Shown: one piece after another, positions 47,427-55,285 of the stretch
Position numbering within the stretch: the stretch's first letter is position 1
Layout: each line of letters starts with the position of its first letter
Origin: an uncultured Candidatus Saccharibacteria bacterium
GTDB taxonomy: Bacteria; Patescibacteriota; Minisyncoccia; Phycocordibacterales; UBA12088
Length of the DNA: 64,000 nucleotides
Assembly (NCBI GenBank): GCA_964567265.1
Contig: CAZMLK010000002.1
Location: forward strand, 138,813-202,812
Reading direction: 5' to 3'
The notes under the pieces: generated by a model
What the model was told of the DNA's origin: nothing
The model's database searches: none
What the model saw: only the letters and a program-made list of their open reading frames with translations
Translations under genes and position numbers: made by a program

Positions 47427-48131
47427 ATGTCAGAAGGATTCCACGAGGCGAGTGCAGAAAAATCACCCAAGGAGGCATTTACAGAAAAATTCCTTGATCA
47501 GCCTTACGGGAACCTGACAGAAGAACAGCAGGCGATGCTTCGTACGCATGTTGAGGGGCGGGAGGGTCCATGGACAACGGTGCCGAACATATTCGATGTA
47601 ACTTGGGATGATGAAGCGAAACGGATTGTCATCGAGCTGTCTGAGGGAGGAAGCCAAACGTTTATATACGACCCCTTCGTGCCGAAGGTGCCACAAGCTG
47701 CACCACCTGTAGAATCAAGAGGAGACTCCGAGCCGAGTGGCGCAGTAAAAGTCGGGGAAGAACCCGTCTCAGTTGTGACTCAGAGCAACGAGGCGTTGCG
47801 CACCGTGATCCCTGGCGGGGAATGGATCGATTTGTCTGGGAAAAAGATCGTAACCGATCAGGCTGGCTTGTATTCAGGCAAAGAACTGGTCATGAAAACG
47901 GGTGCCGCGAACACGATGAATTTTGTCGGCAAATATAATTTCCACGAGGGAACGATGATCGTTGGAGGGCCCGATGGCTCACTGCACGCGGCTCCGTACT
48001 CGGCAGAGAGAGAGGAGGCGCTCAAAAGCGCAGGGTACAAGCAAGAGTTCGAGCTGGTGCCGAGTTTAACAGGTCATCAAAGGTTCGAAGACGAGGAGAC
48101 CCAGAGGGTATTTGAAGCGCTAAAAAACTAG
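47427..48131 (+). CDS. Hypothetical protein (cassette 1 of rpsJ-rplC island)
   Basis: 234 aa, acidic, no TM, no motif; flanked by repeat copies 1 and 2. Confidence 0.45.
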   Translation: MSEGFHEASAEKSPKEAFTEKFLDQPYGNLTEEQQAMLRTHVEGREGPWTTVPNIFDVTWDDEAKRIVIELSEGGSQTFIYDPFVPKVPQAAPPVESRGDSEPSGAVKVGEEPVSVVTQSNEALRTVIPGGEWIDLSGKKIVTDQAGLYSGKELVMKTGAANTMNFVGKYNFHEGTMIVGGPDGSLHAAPYSAEREEALKSAGYKQEFELVPSLTGHQRFEDEETQRVFEALKN

Positions 48132-48191
48132 CTTCACTCTTCCTAGAAGTCAGGCGCTTCACGTGCGGGTGTTCTGTGTCACGGTACCGGA

Positions 48192-48272
48192 ATCGACGTC
48201 AAGATGGTCTAGGCGAAGGAGTCAAACAAAGAATCCCCCCAAGATAATTTCTCTAGGGGATTTTTTGTTTTT
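48192..48272 (+). repeat. rpsJ 3' end plus terminator, repeat copy 2
   Basis: ATCGACGTCAAGATGGTCTAGGCGAAGGAGTCAAACAAAGAATCCCC...GGGGATTTTTTGTTTTTT; by eye 4 substitutions and one 1-nt indel over 48 nt versus copy 1. Confidence 0.85.
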
Positions 48273-48401
48273 TAAGAAAATAGAGATTCCGCAGAAAGGG
48301 AGGATCGGATCAAATAGAGACATTGACAAATCTATTATATGTGGTATATAATACCGCCAGATAAAGTCCTTCAATCATCGCGCTTCGGACGGAGAAAACC
48401 C

Positions 48402-48866
48402 ATGCGCCTTTCCTTGATTCTGGCCTTCGTACTCGGTCTCCAGAGCGGTTTTGTCGGCAATTCTGCTCACGCAGAGATTGCGACACCCGCCGATCTGCCC
48501 GCAGACTATGCTACCTGGCAAACGTTGCATGAACTCTCTTGTGAACCGCTGTCGATCAAAGTGTATTCGACAATCACGCCGGATGCCGAGATGGAGCTTC
48601 TGACCTACACCCTCGGCAAGAATCTGGTCGCGTACTCGATGTCATCATCCACAAATGCTGGCAAGGTAATCACCGACCATGGCCTCTACAAAGGGGAATG
48701 GAAATCGGTCGATGGCACCGATGCCAATAAGGAGAAATCGGAGCGTCTCGTGAATGCCGCCCTTCTCGATAACGGTGGACAGCCTGCTCTCGTTGCGTTC
48801 GGCCAGTGTAAGCAGGAGCTTGTGCGTAAAATCATAAAGGCTTTCTTTGCACCACTTGGCAGGTAA
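48402..48866 (+). CDS. Hypothetical secreted protein (cassette 2)
   Basis: Start at MRLSLILAFVLGLQSGFVGNSAHA (signal peptide, AHA-E cleavage site likely); own terminator CCCCCAGTCCA-CGC-ATGGACTGGGGG plus T-run. Confidence 0.5.
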   Translation: MRLSLILAFVLGLQSGFVGNSAHAEIATPADLPADYATWQTLHELSCEPLSIKVYSTITPDAEMELLTYTLGKNLVAYSMSSSTNAGKVITDHGLYKGEWKSVDGTDANKEKSERLVNAALLDNGGQPALVAFGQCKQELVRKIIKAFFAPLGR

Positions 48867-48951
48867 AACGGAGCCCATTGCATCAGTGTGTGTTCCTCGC
48901 CGTTGATACCCGCCCCCAGTCCACGCATGGACTGGGGGCTTCATTTTTTTG

Positions 48952-48969
48952 CCTCATGGGGATTTTTTG
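48952..48969 (+). repeat. Partial third copy of the rpsJ terminator right half
   Basis: CCTCATGGGGATTTTTTG versus CCTCACGGGGATTTTTTG at 47365-47382 (17 of 18). Confidence 0.6.
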
Positions 48970-49155
48970 ATTTTTGTTGAAAATAGAAAAAGCCGAAATG
49001 CGCTGTTTCGGCTTTCTTCCTCGTGCATGAGGGTCACGGGTTCGGTGGTTAGTATAGTCTGCCACGAACAGGCATTGGTACAGCTTCTCATTGGACGTAG
49101 CGTTGCTAAAGCAAAAGAAAATCGCTGCGGGCCCGATGGTCCGCAGCGACATCCG

Positions 49156-49767
49156 TCATGCGCTCTGAGGGAATGAGGGCGTCAGAGTGGTGCGACGTCC
49201 CCAGAGATACATACAGAGGAGGATAAGTCCCGAAACGACGAGCAGGATCCCGCCAATTGCAGGGATGAGCCATGCTTGGCGCGTTCCGTCCGAATAGAAA
49301 TCGAACGTGAGATTTTCTCGGTCAACGCGCACTTTCCCCACGTAGGTGAAAAAAGTGTAGTCAGGAAGTGGCACTGCCGCGCTGATGTAGGTCGATAGGC
49401 CGTTCTCCAGCCTGACCAATGCGGTATATTCGACCACCCCATGGAGACCTTTGCCGTCCATGCTCCCGTCGTCCCGCCACCCATTCTGGATTACCACGAA
49501 TGTTGGAACGCTATTCCCCGTTCGTTGCTGAAAATCCTGCATTGGCAATTCTGCCGAAGGCGTACCGTTCTCGAAGGAAAGCACGCTGAGGGTCGTTGAA
49601 TTGTTCGGCTTCCACAACTCGACGTGTATCGGATCAGGCATAGGACTTGCAGTCCATCCAATCAGCATCCATGCACCGAGGGCAAAAATGCCCAGAGGCC
49701 ATCGATAGGTTTTCCACGCACATTTCAGTATCTTTCGAAACGGCTTTCTCTTCGAATTACCAGTCAT
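49156..49767 (-). CDS. Hypothetical membrane protein with N- and C-terminal TM helices (cassette 3)
   Basis: ORF 49156-49803; start tentatively at MTGNSKRK; TM1 WPLGIFALGAWMLIGW, TM2 LIPAIGGILLVVSGLILLCMYLW. Confidence 0.45.
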   Translation of the reverse strand: MTGNSKRKPFRKILKCAWKTYRWPLGIFALGAWMLIGWTASPMPDPIHVELWKPNNSTTLSVLSFENGTPSAELPMQDFQQRTGNSVPTFVVIQNGWRDDGSMDGKGLHGVVEYTALVRLENGLSTYISAAVPLPDYTFFTYVGKVRVDRENLTFDFYSDGTRQAWLIPAIGGILLVVSGLILLCMYLWGRRTTLTPSFPQSA

Positions 49768-49915
49768 CTTCCATGCTCCATGGATAGAGTGAACCCACGC
49801 CACCGTACCATCCGATCTTCAAAATGTAAATAAATATCTTCGCCCTCTGTGCGTAGACCGAGGGCTCCGTCGTTCCATGGTTCCTGAAAGCCGTTTGGTG
49901 CTATGCTACGGAGTC

Positions 49916-50377
49916 ATGAAGCAGAAGCTGAAAGCGCTATTCAAGTTCGCCTCCCCGGCCATCCTGCTGGTATTCCGGACGTACTACTTCATCTTCCGCC
50001 CGAAGGGGGAGAGCGTGAAGTGCGTGATCCGGAACGGTGGCAACATCCTCCTCATCCGCAATTCGTACGGCGCGAAGTTCTGGACGCTTCCCGGTGGCGG
50101 CGTGAAGTCGAGCGAGACCCTGGAACAGGCGGCCGTCCGCGAAGCACATGAGGAAGTCGGCATCGAGATCCGCGAGCAGGACCTCACCAAGCACGGCAAG
50201 GTGCGCTACCTCCTCGACTTCCGCCGCTCCACGGTCTGGGTGTTCAGCGTCACGGTGCCGTCTCCCGCATTCCACCTTCATGGCGTCGAGATCGAGGAAG
50301 CGAAGTGGTTTCCCGAGAACGCAATCCCCGGCATGCGCTCGCATCTCCTGGAACGTTTCCTCGATTTGGCGAAATAA
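49916..50377 (+). CDS. NUDIX hydrolase (cassette 4)
   Basis: Start at MKQKLKAL (TGcTATGCT ends 8 nt upstream); Nudix box GGGVKSSETLEQAAVREAHEEVGI. Confidence 0.8.
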   Translation: MKQKLKALFKFASPAILLVFRTYYFIFRPKGESVKCVIRNGGNILLIRNSYGAKFWTLPGGGVKSSETLEQAAVREAHEEVGIEIREQDLTKHGKVRYLLDFRRSTVWVFSVTVPSPAFHLHGVEIEEAKWFPENAIPGMRSHLLERFLDLAK

Positions 50378-50433
50378 CCGACCGATTTTAGAGTCGGTAT
50401 TGACTATGAAATTAAATTCGTCATGCTGGCACA

Positions 50434-51069
50434 ATGACTAGGTCCACAGAGGAATCACTTGAAATCATCTCAAACCAATTTGTCGTGAAGCGTCGGTTTA
50501 CCACGGGTACATTCAACCTTATATTGGGTGCGGTACTAGGCGCCACTTTGACTTTTTTAGTAGGAGCTATTAATTCTTACATCTCCAACCAAACCTTACG
50601 TCAAGCGGTTGCAAAGAGCATCTACATTGAAATTGAGCATAATAAAATTTTTTTAAATAGCTCTGTATCTGATTTAAACAGCGCAGTTTTAGATTGGAAA
50701 GGCAACAAAGGAAATAAATTAAATATGCAAGTATTCGCCCTGCATAGAGAAGACTTCTACCAAATTTATCTCCAAGATTTAACTCTATTAGATAAAAACA
50801 CTCTAGATGAAACCTACGAATTTTACGGAAGACTTAGGACCATTGATTACCTAACAAAATTAATCACTGATGATTTTGATCTCTATTACAGAAATGAAAA
50901 TCTAATTTCTAGAGCTGATATCTTGTCCCGACTAATGGAATTACAGCAGGATGTGGATGAGGCGCTTCGGAATGCTGACAAAATCCAAAGAGATTTAATT
51001 ACTAAATATGATGTTAACAGTGTTCAGAGTTCCTGTAATCCAACCAATTGTCTAACAAACTCTTGGTAA
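50434..51069 (+). CDS. Hypothetical single-TM protein, strongly AT-rich gene (cassette 5)
   Basis: 211 aa; TM FNLILGAVLGATLTFLVGAI then Asn/Leu/Asp-rich helical region; composition clearly unlike flanking genes. Confidence 0.45.
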   Translation: MTRSTEESLEIISNQFVVKRRFTTGTFNLILGAVLGATLTFLVGAINSYISNQTLRQAVAKSIYIEIEHNKIFLNSSVSDLNSAVLDWKGNKGNKLNMQVFALHREDFYQIYLQDLTLLDKNTLDETYEFYGRLRTIDYLTKLITDDFDLYYRNENLISRADILSRLMELQQDVDEALRNADKIQRDLITKYDVNSVQSSCNPTNCLTNSW

Positions 51070-51075
51070 AGAGAG

Positions 51076-51104
51076 TTGCATCCTTTCAGACCTTCCTGTA
51101 TAGT
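51076..51104 (+). promoter_or_regulatory. Candidate rplC operon promoter
   Basis: TTGCAT, 17-nt spacer, TATAGT. Confidence 0.45.
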
Positions 51105-51110
51105 CCATTT

Positions 51111-51249
51111 ACTCTCGTTCTGAGAGATTCTATGTCCCAATAGGGACCAATGGACTGAAATCCGCAAGGGATTCGTCCTTGGCGGTATTTTTAATACCAA
51201 AAACGATCAAAAGACGGTAGAAATCTTCAAAAAACCTATAAAACTCAAC
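51111..51249 (+). promoter_or_regulatory. Structured 5' leader of rplC-rplD-rplW-rplB (possible r-protein autoregulatory leader)
   Basis: Four consecutive hairpins: CTCTC/GAGAG, GTCCC-AATA-GGGAC, AATCC-GCAA(G)-GGATT, GGTATT-TTTA-ATACC. Confidence 0.3.
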
Positions 51250-51861
51250 GTGAAATTCATCCTCGGCACAAAAGAAGAAATGACGCAGGTCTTCGATGAG
51301 AAGGGCGTCGTCCACGCAGGAACCATCCTCAATGCAGGTCCTTTGACCGTCACCAAGGTCCTCACCAAGGACTCTGACGGATATGAGGCAGTCCAGGTCG
51401 GATACGGCGTCCGCAAGGAAAAGCATGCATCGAAGCCAGTCATGGGCCAGACCAAGGCGTTCGGTATCTTCCGGACCCTCAAGGAGTTCCGCGATGTCGA
51501 GGGCATGACCGCAGGCGACAAGATCGATGTCTCGGTCTTTGCCCCAGGCGACACCATCCAGGTCTCAGCGATCTCGAAGGGTAAGGGCTTCCAGGGCGTC
51601 GTGAAGCGTCATGGTTTCCATGGCGGTCCGCGTTCGCACGGCCAGAAGCACTCCGAGCGCTCCCCGGGTTCTATCGGCGGCGGCGCGCGTGCCGGAGGCC
51701 GTGTCGCGAAGGGCATGAAAATGGGTGGCCGCATGGGTACTGACCGCGTCACGGTCAAGAATCTCAAGGTGCTCGTTGTCGATGCTGCCGCGAACACCAT
51801 CATCGTGTCAGGAGCCGTTCCGGGTCGTCGCGGAACGCTCGTTGAAGTAGTTTCAAAATAA
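51250..51861 (+). CDS. rplC: 50S ribosomal protein L3
   Basis: 203 aa; GTG start; KGKGFQGVVKRHGFHGGPRSHG. Confidence 0.96.
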   Translation: MKFILGTKEEMTQVFDEKGVVHAGTILNAGPLTVTKVLTKDSDGYEAVQVGYGVRKEKHASKPVMGQTKAFGIFRTLKEFRDVEGMTAGDKIDVSVFAPGDTIQVSAISKGKGFQGVVKRHGFHGGPRSHGQKHSERSPGSIGGGARAGGRVAKGMKMGGRMGTDRVTVKNLKVLVVDAAANTIIVSGAVPGRRGTLVEVVSK

Positions 51862-51865
51862 AATC

Positions 51866-52642
51866 ATGGAAGCGACAATTTACAGCATGGACGGAAAGAA
51901 GACGGGCGCTCTCACGCTCCCGGAGAGCCTCTTCGCGCTTCCGTGGAACGCAGACCTCGTGCACCAGGTGACCGTCTCTGAGGCGGCAAACCTCCGCACG
52001 CCGGTTGCAGACACCAAGGGACGCGGCGAAGTACGCGGCGGCGGCAAGAAGCCGTGGCAGCAGAAGGGTACGGGCCGCGCACGCGCAGGTTCCCGTCGTT
52101 CACCAATCTGGAAGGGAGGTGGTGTTTCTCATGGTCCAAAGGCTGAGAAGGTCTTCGCACAGAAGATCAACAAGAAGATGAAGTCGAAGGCGCTCTTCAC
52201 CGTCCTCTCGAAGAAGTTCAAGGATGGCGAGGTTCTCTTCGTCGACCAGCTTTCATTCTCAGCACCAAAGGCGAAGCTCGCCAAGGAGACGCTGTTTGCA
52301 CTCGCAAAGGTCTCTGGTTTCGAGAAGCTCGCAACCAAGCGGAAGAATGCAGCACTCATCGGCCTCGGTACGCATGATTTGAATGCAAAGAAGAGCTTCC
52401 GCAACTTCGGCAATGTCGAACTCGGCGAGATCCGCAACTGGACCGCGTCTGACCTCCTCAAGTACAAGTTCCTCATCGTCGGGACTCCGGACGCGTCGAT
52501 CGCGCTCCTCCAGTCACGTGCAGAGGGTGGTGCCGCACCGGCAGCAGCTGTGGTTGCACCGAAGAAGTACGCTCCGAAGAAGGTTGCGGCAAAGAAGCCG
52601 GCAGCCAAGAAAGCGGTAAAGCCTGCAAAGGCCGCAAAATAA
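51866..52642 (+). CDS. rplD: 50S ribosomal protein L4 with Ala/Lys/Pro-rich C-terminal tail
   Basis: 258 aa; GGGKKPWQQKGTGRARAGS; tail AAPAAAVVAPKKYAPKKVAAKKPAAKKAVKPAKAAK. Confidence 0.96.
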   Translation: MEATIYSMDGKKTGALTLPESLFALPWNADLVHQVTVSEAANLRTPVADTKGRGEVRGGGKKPWQQKGTGRARAGSRRSPIWKGGGVSHGPKAEKVFAQKINKKMKSKALFTVLSKKFKDGEVLFVDQLSFSAPKAKLAKETLFALAKVSGFEKLATKRKNAALIGLGTHDLNAKKSFRNFGNVELGEIRNWTASDLLKYKFLIVGTPDASIALLQSRAEGGAAPAAAVVAPKKYAPKKVAAKKPAAKKAVKPAKAAK

Positions 52643-52646
52643 ACAT

Positions 52647-52994
52647 ATGGCACTCTTCAGCAAGAAAAAGGAATCAGGAGCAGCACCGAAAACGACAACC
52701 GGCACCATTCGTGATATCGGCAGCGCGATCATCCGCCCGCACATCACGGAGAAGGCGGCTATCCAGACCGGCAACGATGTCTATGTCTTCGAGGTGACCT
52801 CGAAGGCGACCAAGATGGAGATCGCGAAGGCAATCGTCGCCCTCTACAAGGTCGTTCCGGTGAAGGTCAACATCGTCACCAAGTCGCCACGCCGCGTCGC
52901 ATCACGCACGCGCCGCGGGATCATGGGCACAAAGACGGGCATGAAGAAGGCCTACGTCTACCTGAAGAAGGGCGACAAGATCGAATTTGTATAA
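52647..52994 (+). CDS. rplW: 50S ribosomal protein L23
   Basis: 115 aa; IIRPHITEKA...VFEV...ATKMEIAKAI..LYKV.PVKVN. Confidence 0.93.
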   Translation: MALFSKKKESGAAPKTTTGTIRDIGSAIIRPHITEKAAIQTGNDVYVFEVTSKATKMEIAKAIVALYKVVPVKVNIVTKSPRRVASRTRRGIMGTKTGMKKAYVYLKKGDKIEFV

Positions 52995-52998
52995 ACAT

Positions 52999-53841
52999 AT
53001 GAAGACCTACAAGCCAACAACACCGTCGCGCCGCCACATCTCGAATCCGAACTACAAGGAGCTTTTGTCTGCGACGACTCCGCACAAGGCGCTCACGAAG
53101 GGACGGAAGCGGAACATGGGCCGCAACAAGGACGGACGCATCACCACCCGCCACAAGGGAGGAGGCAGCAAGCGCCGTTTCCGCGATGTGGATTTCCTCT
53201 ACTCCAAGAAGGACATCGTCGCGAAGATCGAGAGCATCGAATACGATCCGAACCGTACTGGCTTCATCGCGCTCGCGCTCTATGCTGACGGAACCCGCTC
53301 GTACGTCCTCGCACCGAAGTCTCTCAAGGCCGGCTCAACCTTCCTCGTTTCAGAGAAGGCCAAGATCCAGCCGGGGAACCGCCTCCCGCTCGCGAATATC
53401 CCGGTTGGTACCTTTGTGTACAACCTCGAGATCAAGCCGGGAAATGGCTCGAAGATGGTCCGCTCAGCAGGAAACTACGCTGAGGTCATTGCGCAGGACG
53501 GCATTTATGCCCTCGTGAAGATGCCATCGACCGAAGTTCGCAAGTTCCTCGGAAGCGCATGGGCATCGGTTGGTGAGGTCTCAAACGATGAGCACCACCT
53601 CGCGAATGTCGGAAAGGCAGGACGCTCACGCAACAAGGGTATCCGCCCAACGGTTCGCGGTACTGCCATGAACCCAGTCGACCACCCACACGGAGGCGGC
53701 GAAGGAAAGTCTGGACGCGGTCACCGCCGCGCACGCTCTCTCTGGGGCAAGCCGACCGGCAAGGGTCACAAGACTCGCACGCCGAAGAAGTACTCGAACC
53801 ACCTCGTCGTTTCTCGCCGCAAGGTTGGAAAGAAGAAATAA
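52999..53841 (+). CDS. rplB: 50S ribosomal protein L2
   Basis: Start at MKTYKPTTPSRR; RGTAMNPVDHPHGGGEGK. Confidence 0.96.
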   Translation: MKTYKPTTPSRRHISNPNYKELLSATTPHKALTKGRKRNMGRNKDGRITTRHKGGGSKRRFRDVDFLYSKKDIVAKIESIEYDPNRTGFIALALYADGTRSYVLAPKSLKAGSTFLVSEKAKIQPGNRLPLANIPVGTFVYNLEIKPGNGSKMVRSAGNYAEVIAQDGIYALVKMPSTEVRKFLGSAWASVGEVSNDEHHLANVGKAGRSRNKGIRPTVRGTAMNPVDHPHGGGEGKSGRGHRRARSLWGKPTGKGHKTRTPKKYSNHLVVSRRKVGKKK

Positions 53842-53859
53842 GATCAAGACACGGGAAGA

Positions 53860-53898
53860 AACAAAAGGGCCGCGCGAACGCGCGGCCCTTTTGTTTTT
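53860..53898 (+). terminator. Intrinsic terminator after rplB
   Basis: AAAAGGGCCGCGCG-AA-CGCGCGGCCCTTTT plus GTTTTT. Confidence 0.75.
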
Positions 53899-53913
53899 GA
53901 TTGGAAATGATCA

Positions 53914-53957
53914 TAAAAAGATGAAGCCGCCGGCGTGCGTACGTGCGCCGGCGGCTC
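53914..53957 (-). terminator. Intrinsic terminator of the minus-strand cassette
   Basis: GCCGCCGGCG...CGCCGGCGGC hairpin, followed on minus strand by TTCATCTTTTTA. Confidence 0.65.
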
Positions 53958-53980
53958 TTCAATTACACCCGGAAGGGGAG

Positions 53981-54262
53981 CTATCTTTTGCCGTTCTCGG
54001 CCGATAGCAGAAACGCCGTCTTGTCGTTGCGGACGGGACGCGCAGTCATCCTGTTGCCTGTAAGGGCTGCTAGGAGACGCGCAATCTGCTGGAGCTGGCC
54101 TTCGTCGGCGATCGTCACATCAGAACGCATTCCATCCACCAAAAGGTAGATTTGATTATTGCCCCTCATGATGAGCAGGGTGCCGCCGGGAGCCGAGACA
54201 ACGTCCCCCTCTTGGGGTGCTGTGGATCCGAGCTCACCATTGCATCTCAGTTCACATGCCAC
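53981..54262 (-). CDS. Hypothetical protein inserted between rplB and rpsS (gene B)
   Basis: ORF 53981-54289 begins at TTG; start tentatively at GTG 54262, 8 nt after AGGAAGG; no motif. Confidence 0.4.
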   Translation of the reverse strand: MACELRCNGELGSTAPQEGDVVSAPGGTLLIMRGNNQIYLLVDGMRSDVTIADEGQLQQIARLLAALTGNRMTARPVRNDKTAFLLSAENGKR

Positions 54263-54343
54263 AATTAGTACCTTCCTGCAGTTTTCCAAGTGACATTAAG
54301 AAGCAATCTGACGATTTGTCAAATTTCTTCTTTAGGGAAGCCC

Positions 54344-54381
54344 TAAAAAGATACGCCCCCGAGCTGCTCTGCAGCTCGGGG
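54344..54381 (-). terminator. Intrinsic terminator between the two cassette genes
   Basis: CCCCGAGCTGC-AGA-GCAGCTCGGGG followed on minus strand by GCGTATCTTTTT; a TTGACA box follows. Confidence 0.6.
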
Positions 54382-54390
54382 TACGTGTGT

Positions 54391-54765
54391 TCAGTAGGGG
54401 AGGGTCATTTCTCCCTGACGCGGCATCTGTGGTTCAAGAGGGACGGAGGACTTGAGCTCCTTCAGCTTGCAAACAAGCCTGAACGCCCTACCTATTTCCT
54501 GCGCCATGCGGTACTTCTGCTTGCCCTTCAGCAATATCGGCGTTTCCAAATAGAAGCTTGCTTCTGCCCTGGACCAGAAACAACGTCGTACCCGTTTCCG
54601 GCCAAGTATCCTGATGGCAACCGCAATTGCCACGGCTTCGAAGTAAGGACGCTCGACAACATAAAGCCCTTTGCACCGGATGAGGAGAAACTCGCAATTG
54701 GTCGTGGCATCTCGGCACCCAAAGTCGCGAACGCTCACGCGCTTGGGGGAAAACGCCTTGGTCAT
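54391..54765 (-). CDS. Hypothetical basic protein inserted between rplB and rpsS (gene A)
   Basis: 124 aa, Arg/Lys/Cys-rich, no motif securely recognised. Confidence 0.45.
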   Translation of the reverse strand: MTKAFSPKRVSVRDFGCRDATTNCEFLLIRCKGLYVVERPYFEAVAIAVAIRILGRKRVRRCFWSRAEASFYLETPILLKGKQKYRMAQEIGRAFRLVCKLKELKSSVPLEPQMPRQGEMTLPY

Positions 54766-54861
54766 CCACTTTCCTCCAGAAAAGGCGGTAAAGAACAGCC
54801 GATATTAAAAACTCTATACGCCAATCTGTCAAGGGTAAGGAAAGAGGAAAGCGCCTTTTGT

Positions 54862-54890
54862 TTGACAGAAACCCCCGTTTTGCGTACTAT
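54862..54890 (+). promoter_or_regulatory. Candidate promoter restarting the S10-operon remainder at rpsS
   Basis: CCTTTTGTTTGACA context; TTGACA, 17-nt spacer, TACTAT; 39 nt before rpsS ATG. Confidence 0.5.
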
Positions 54891-54929
54891 GCTTCCCAAG
54901 CTCTCTCGCGAGCTATTTTCTTTACAGAA

Positions 54930-55280
54930 ATGACACGATCACTCAAAAAAGGCCCATACGTCGACGAAAAGCTCCTCAAGAAGATCGAGGGGAAGAAGGC
55001 TGGCACCACCGGCCCGATTAAGACGTGGGCACGCCGCTCGCAGATCGCCCCAGAGATGGTCGGCTTCACGTTTGGCGTTCACAATGGCAAAGACCATGTC
55101 CCGGTCCTTGTGAGCGAAGAAATGGTCGGCCATCGCCTTGGAGAGTTCTCTCCGACAACCAAGTTCGTCCGCCACGGCGGTAAGATGCAGAAGGAGCTTG
55201 AATCCAAGCGCAAGGAGGCAGAAGTCGCAGCAGCAAAGGCCGCAAAGGCTCCCGCAGCCGCGCCTGCTAAGAAGAAATAA
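54930..55280 (+). CDS. rpsS: 30S ribosomal protein S19 with Ala/Lys-rich C-terminal tail
   Basis: Start at [11 protein letters not shown]; [10 protein letters not shown]; tail [22 protein letters not shown]. Confidence 0.95.
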   Translation: MTRSLKKGPYVDEKLLKKIEGKKAGTTGPIKTWARRSQIAPEMVGFTFGVHNGKDHVPVLVSEEMVGHRLGEFSPTTKFVRHGGKMQKELESKRKEAEVAAAKAAKAPAAAPAKKK

Positions 55281-55285
55281 GGCAT

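Noticed and set aside
54217-54933. 238-aa plus-strand ORF spanning the rplB-rpsS gap
   Set aside because: It crosses two minus-strand terminators and the predicted rpsS promoter. The minus-strand ORFs each have their own terminator, so I favour those, though with limited confidence.
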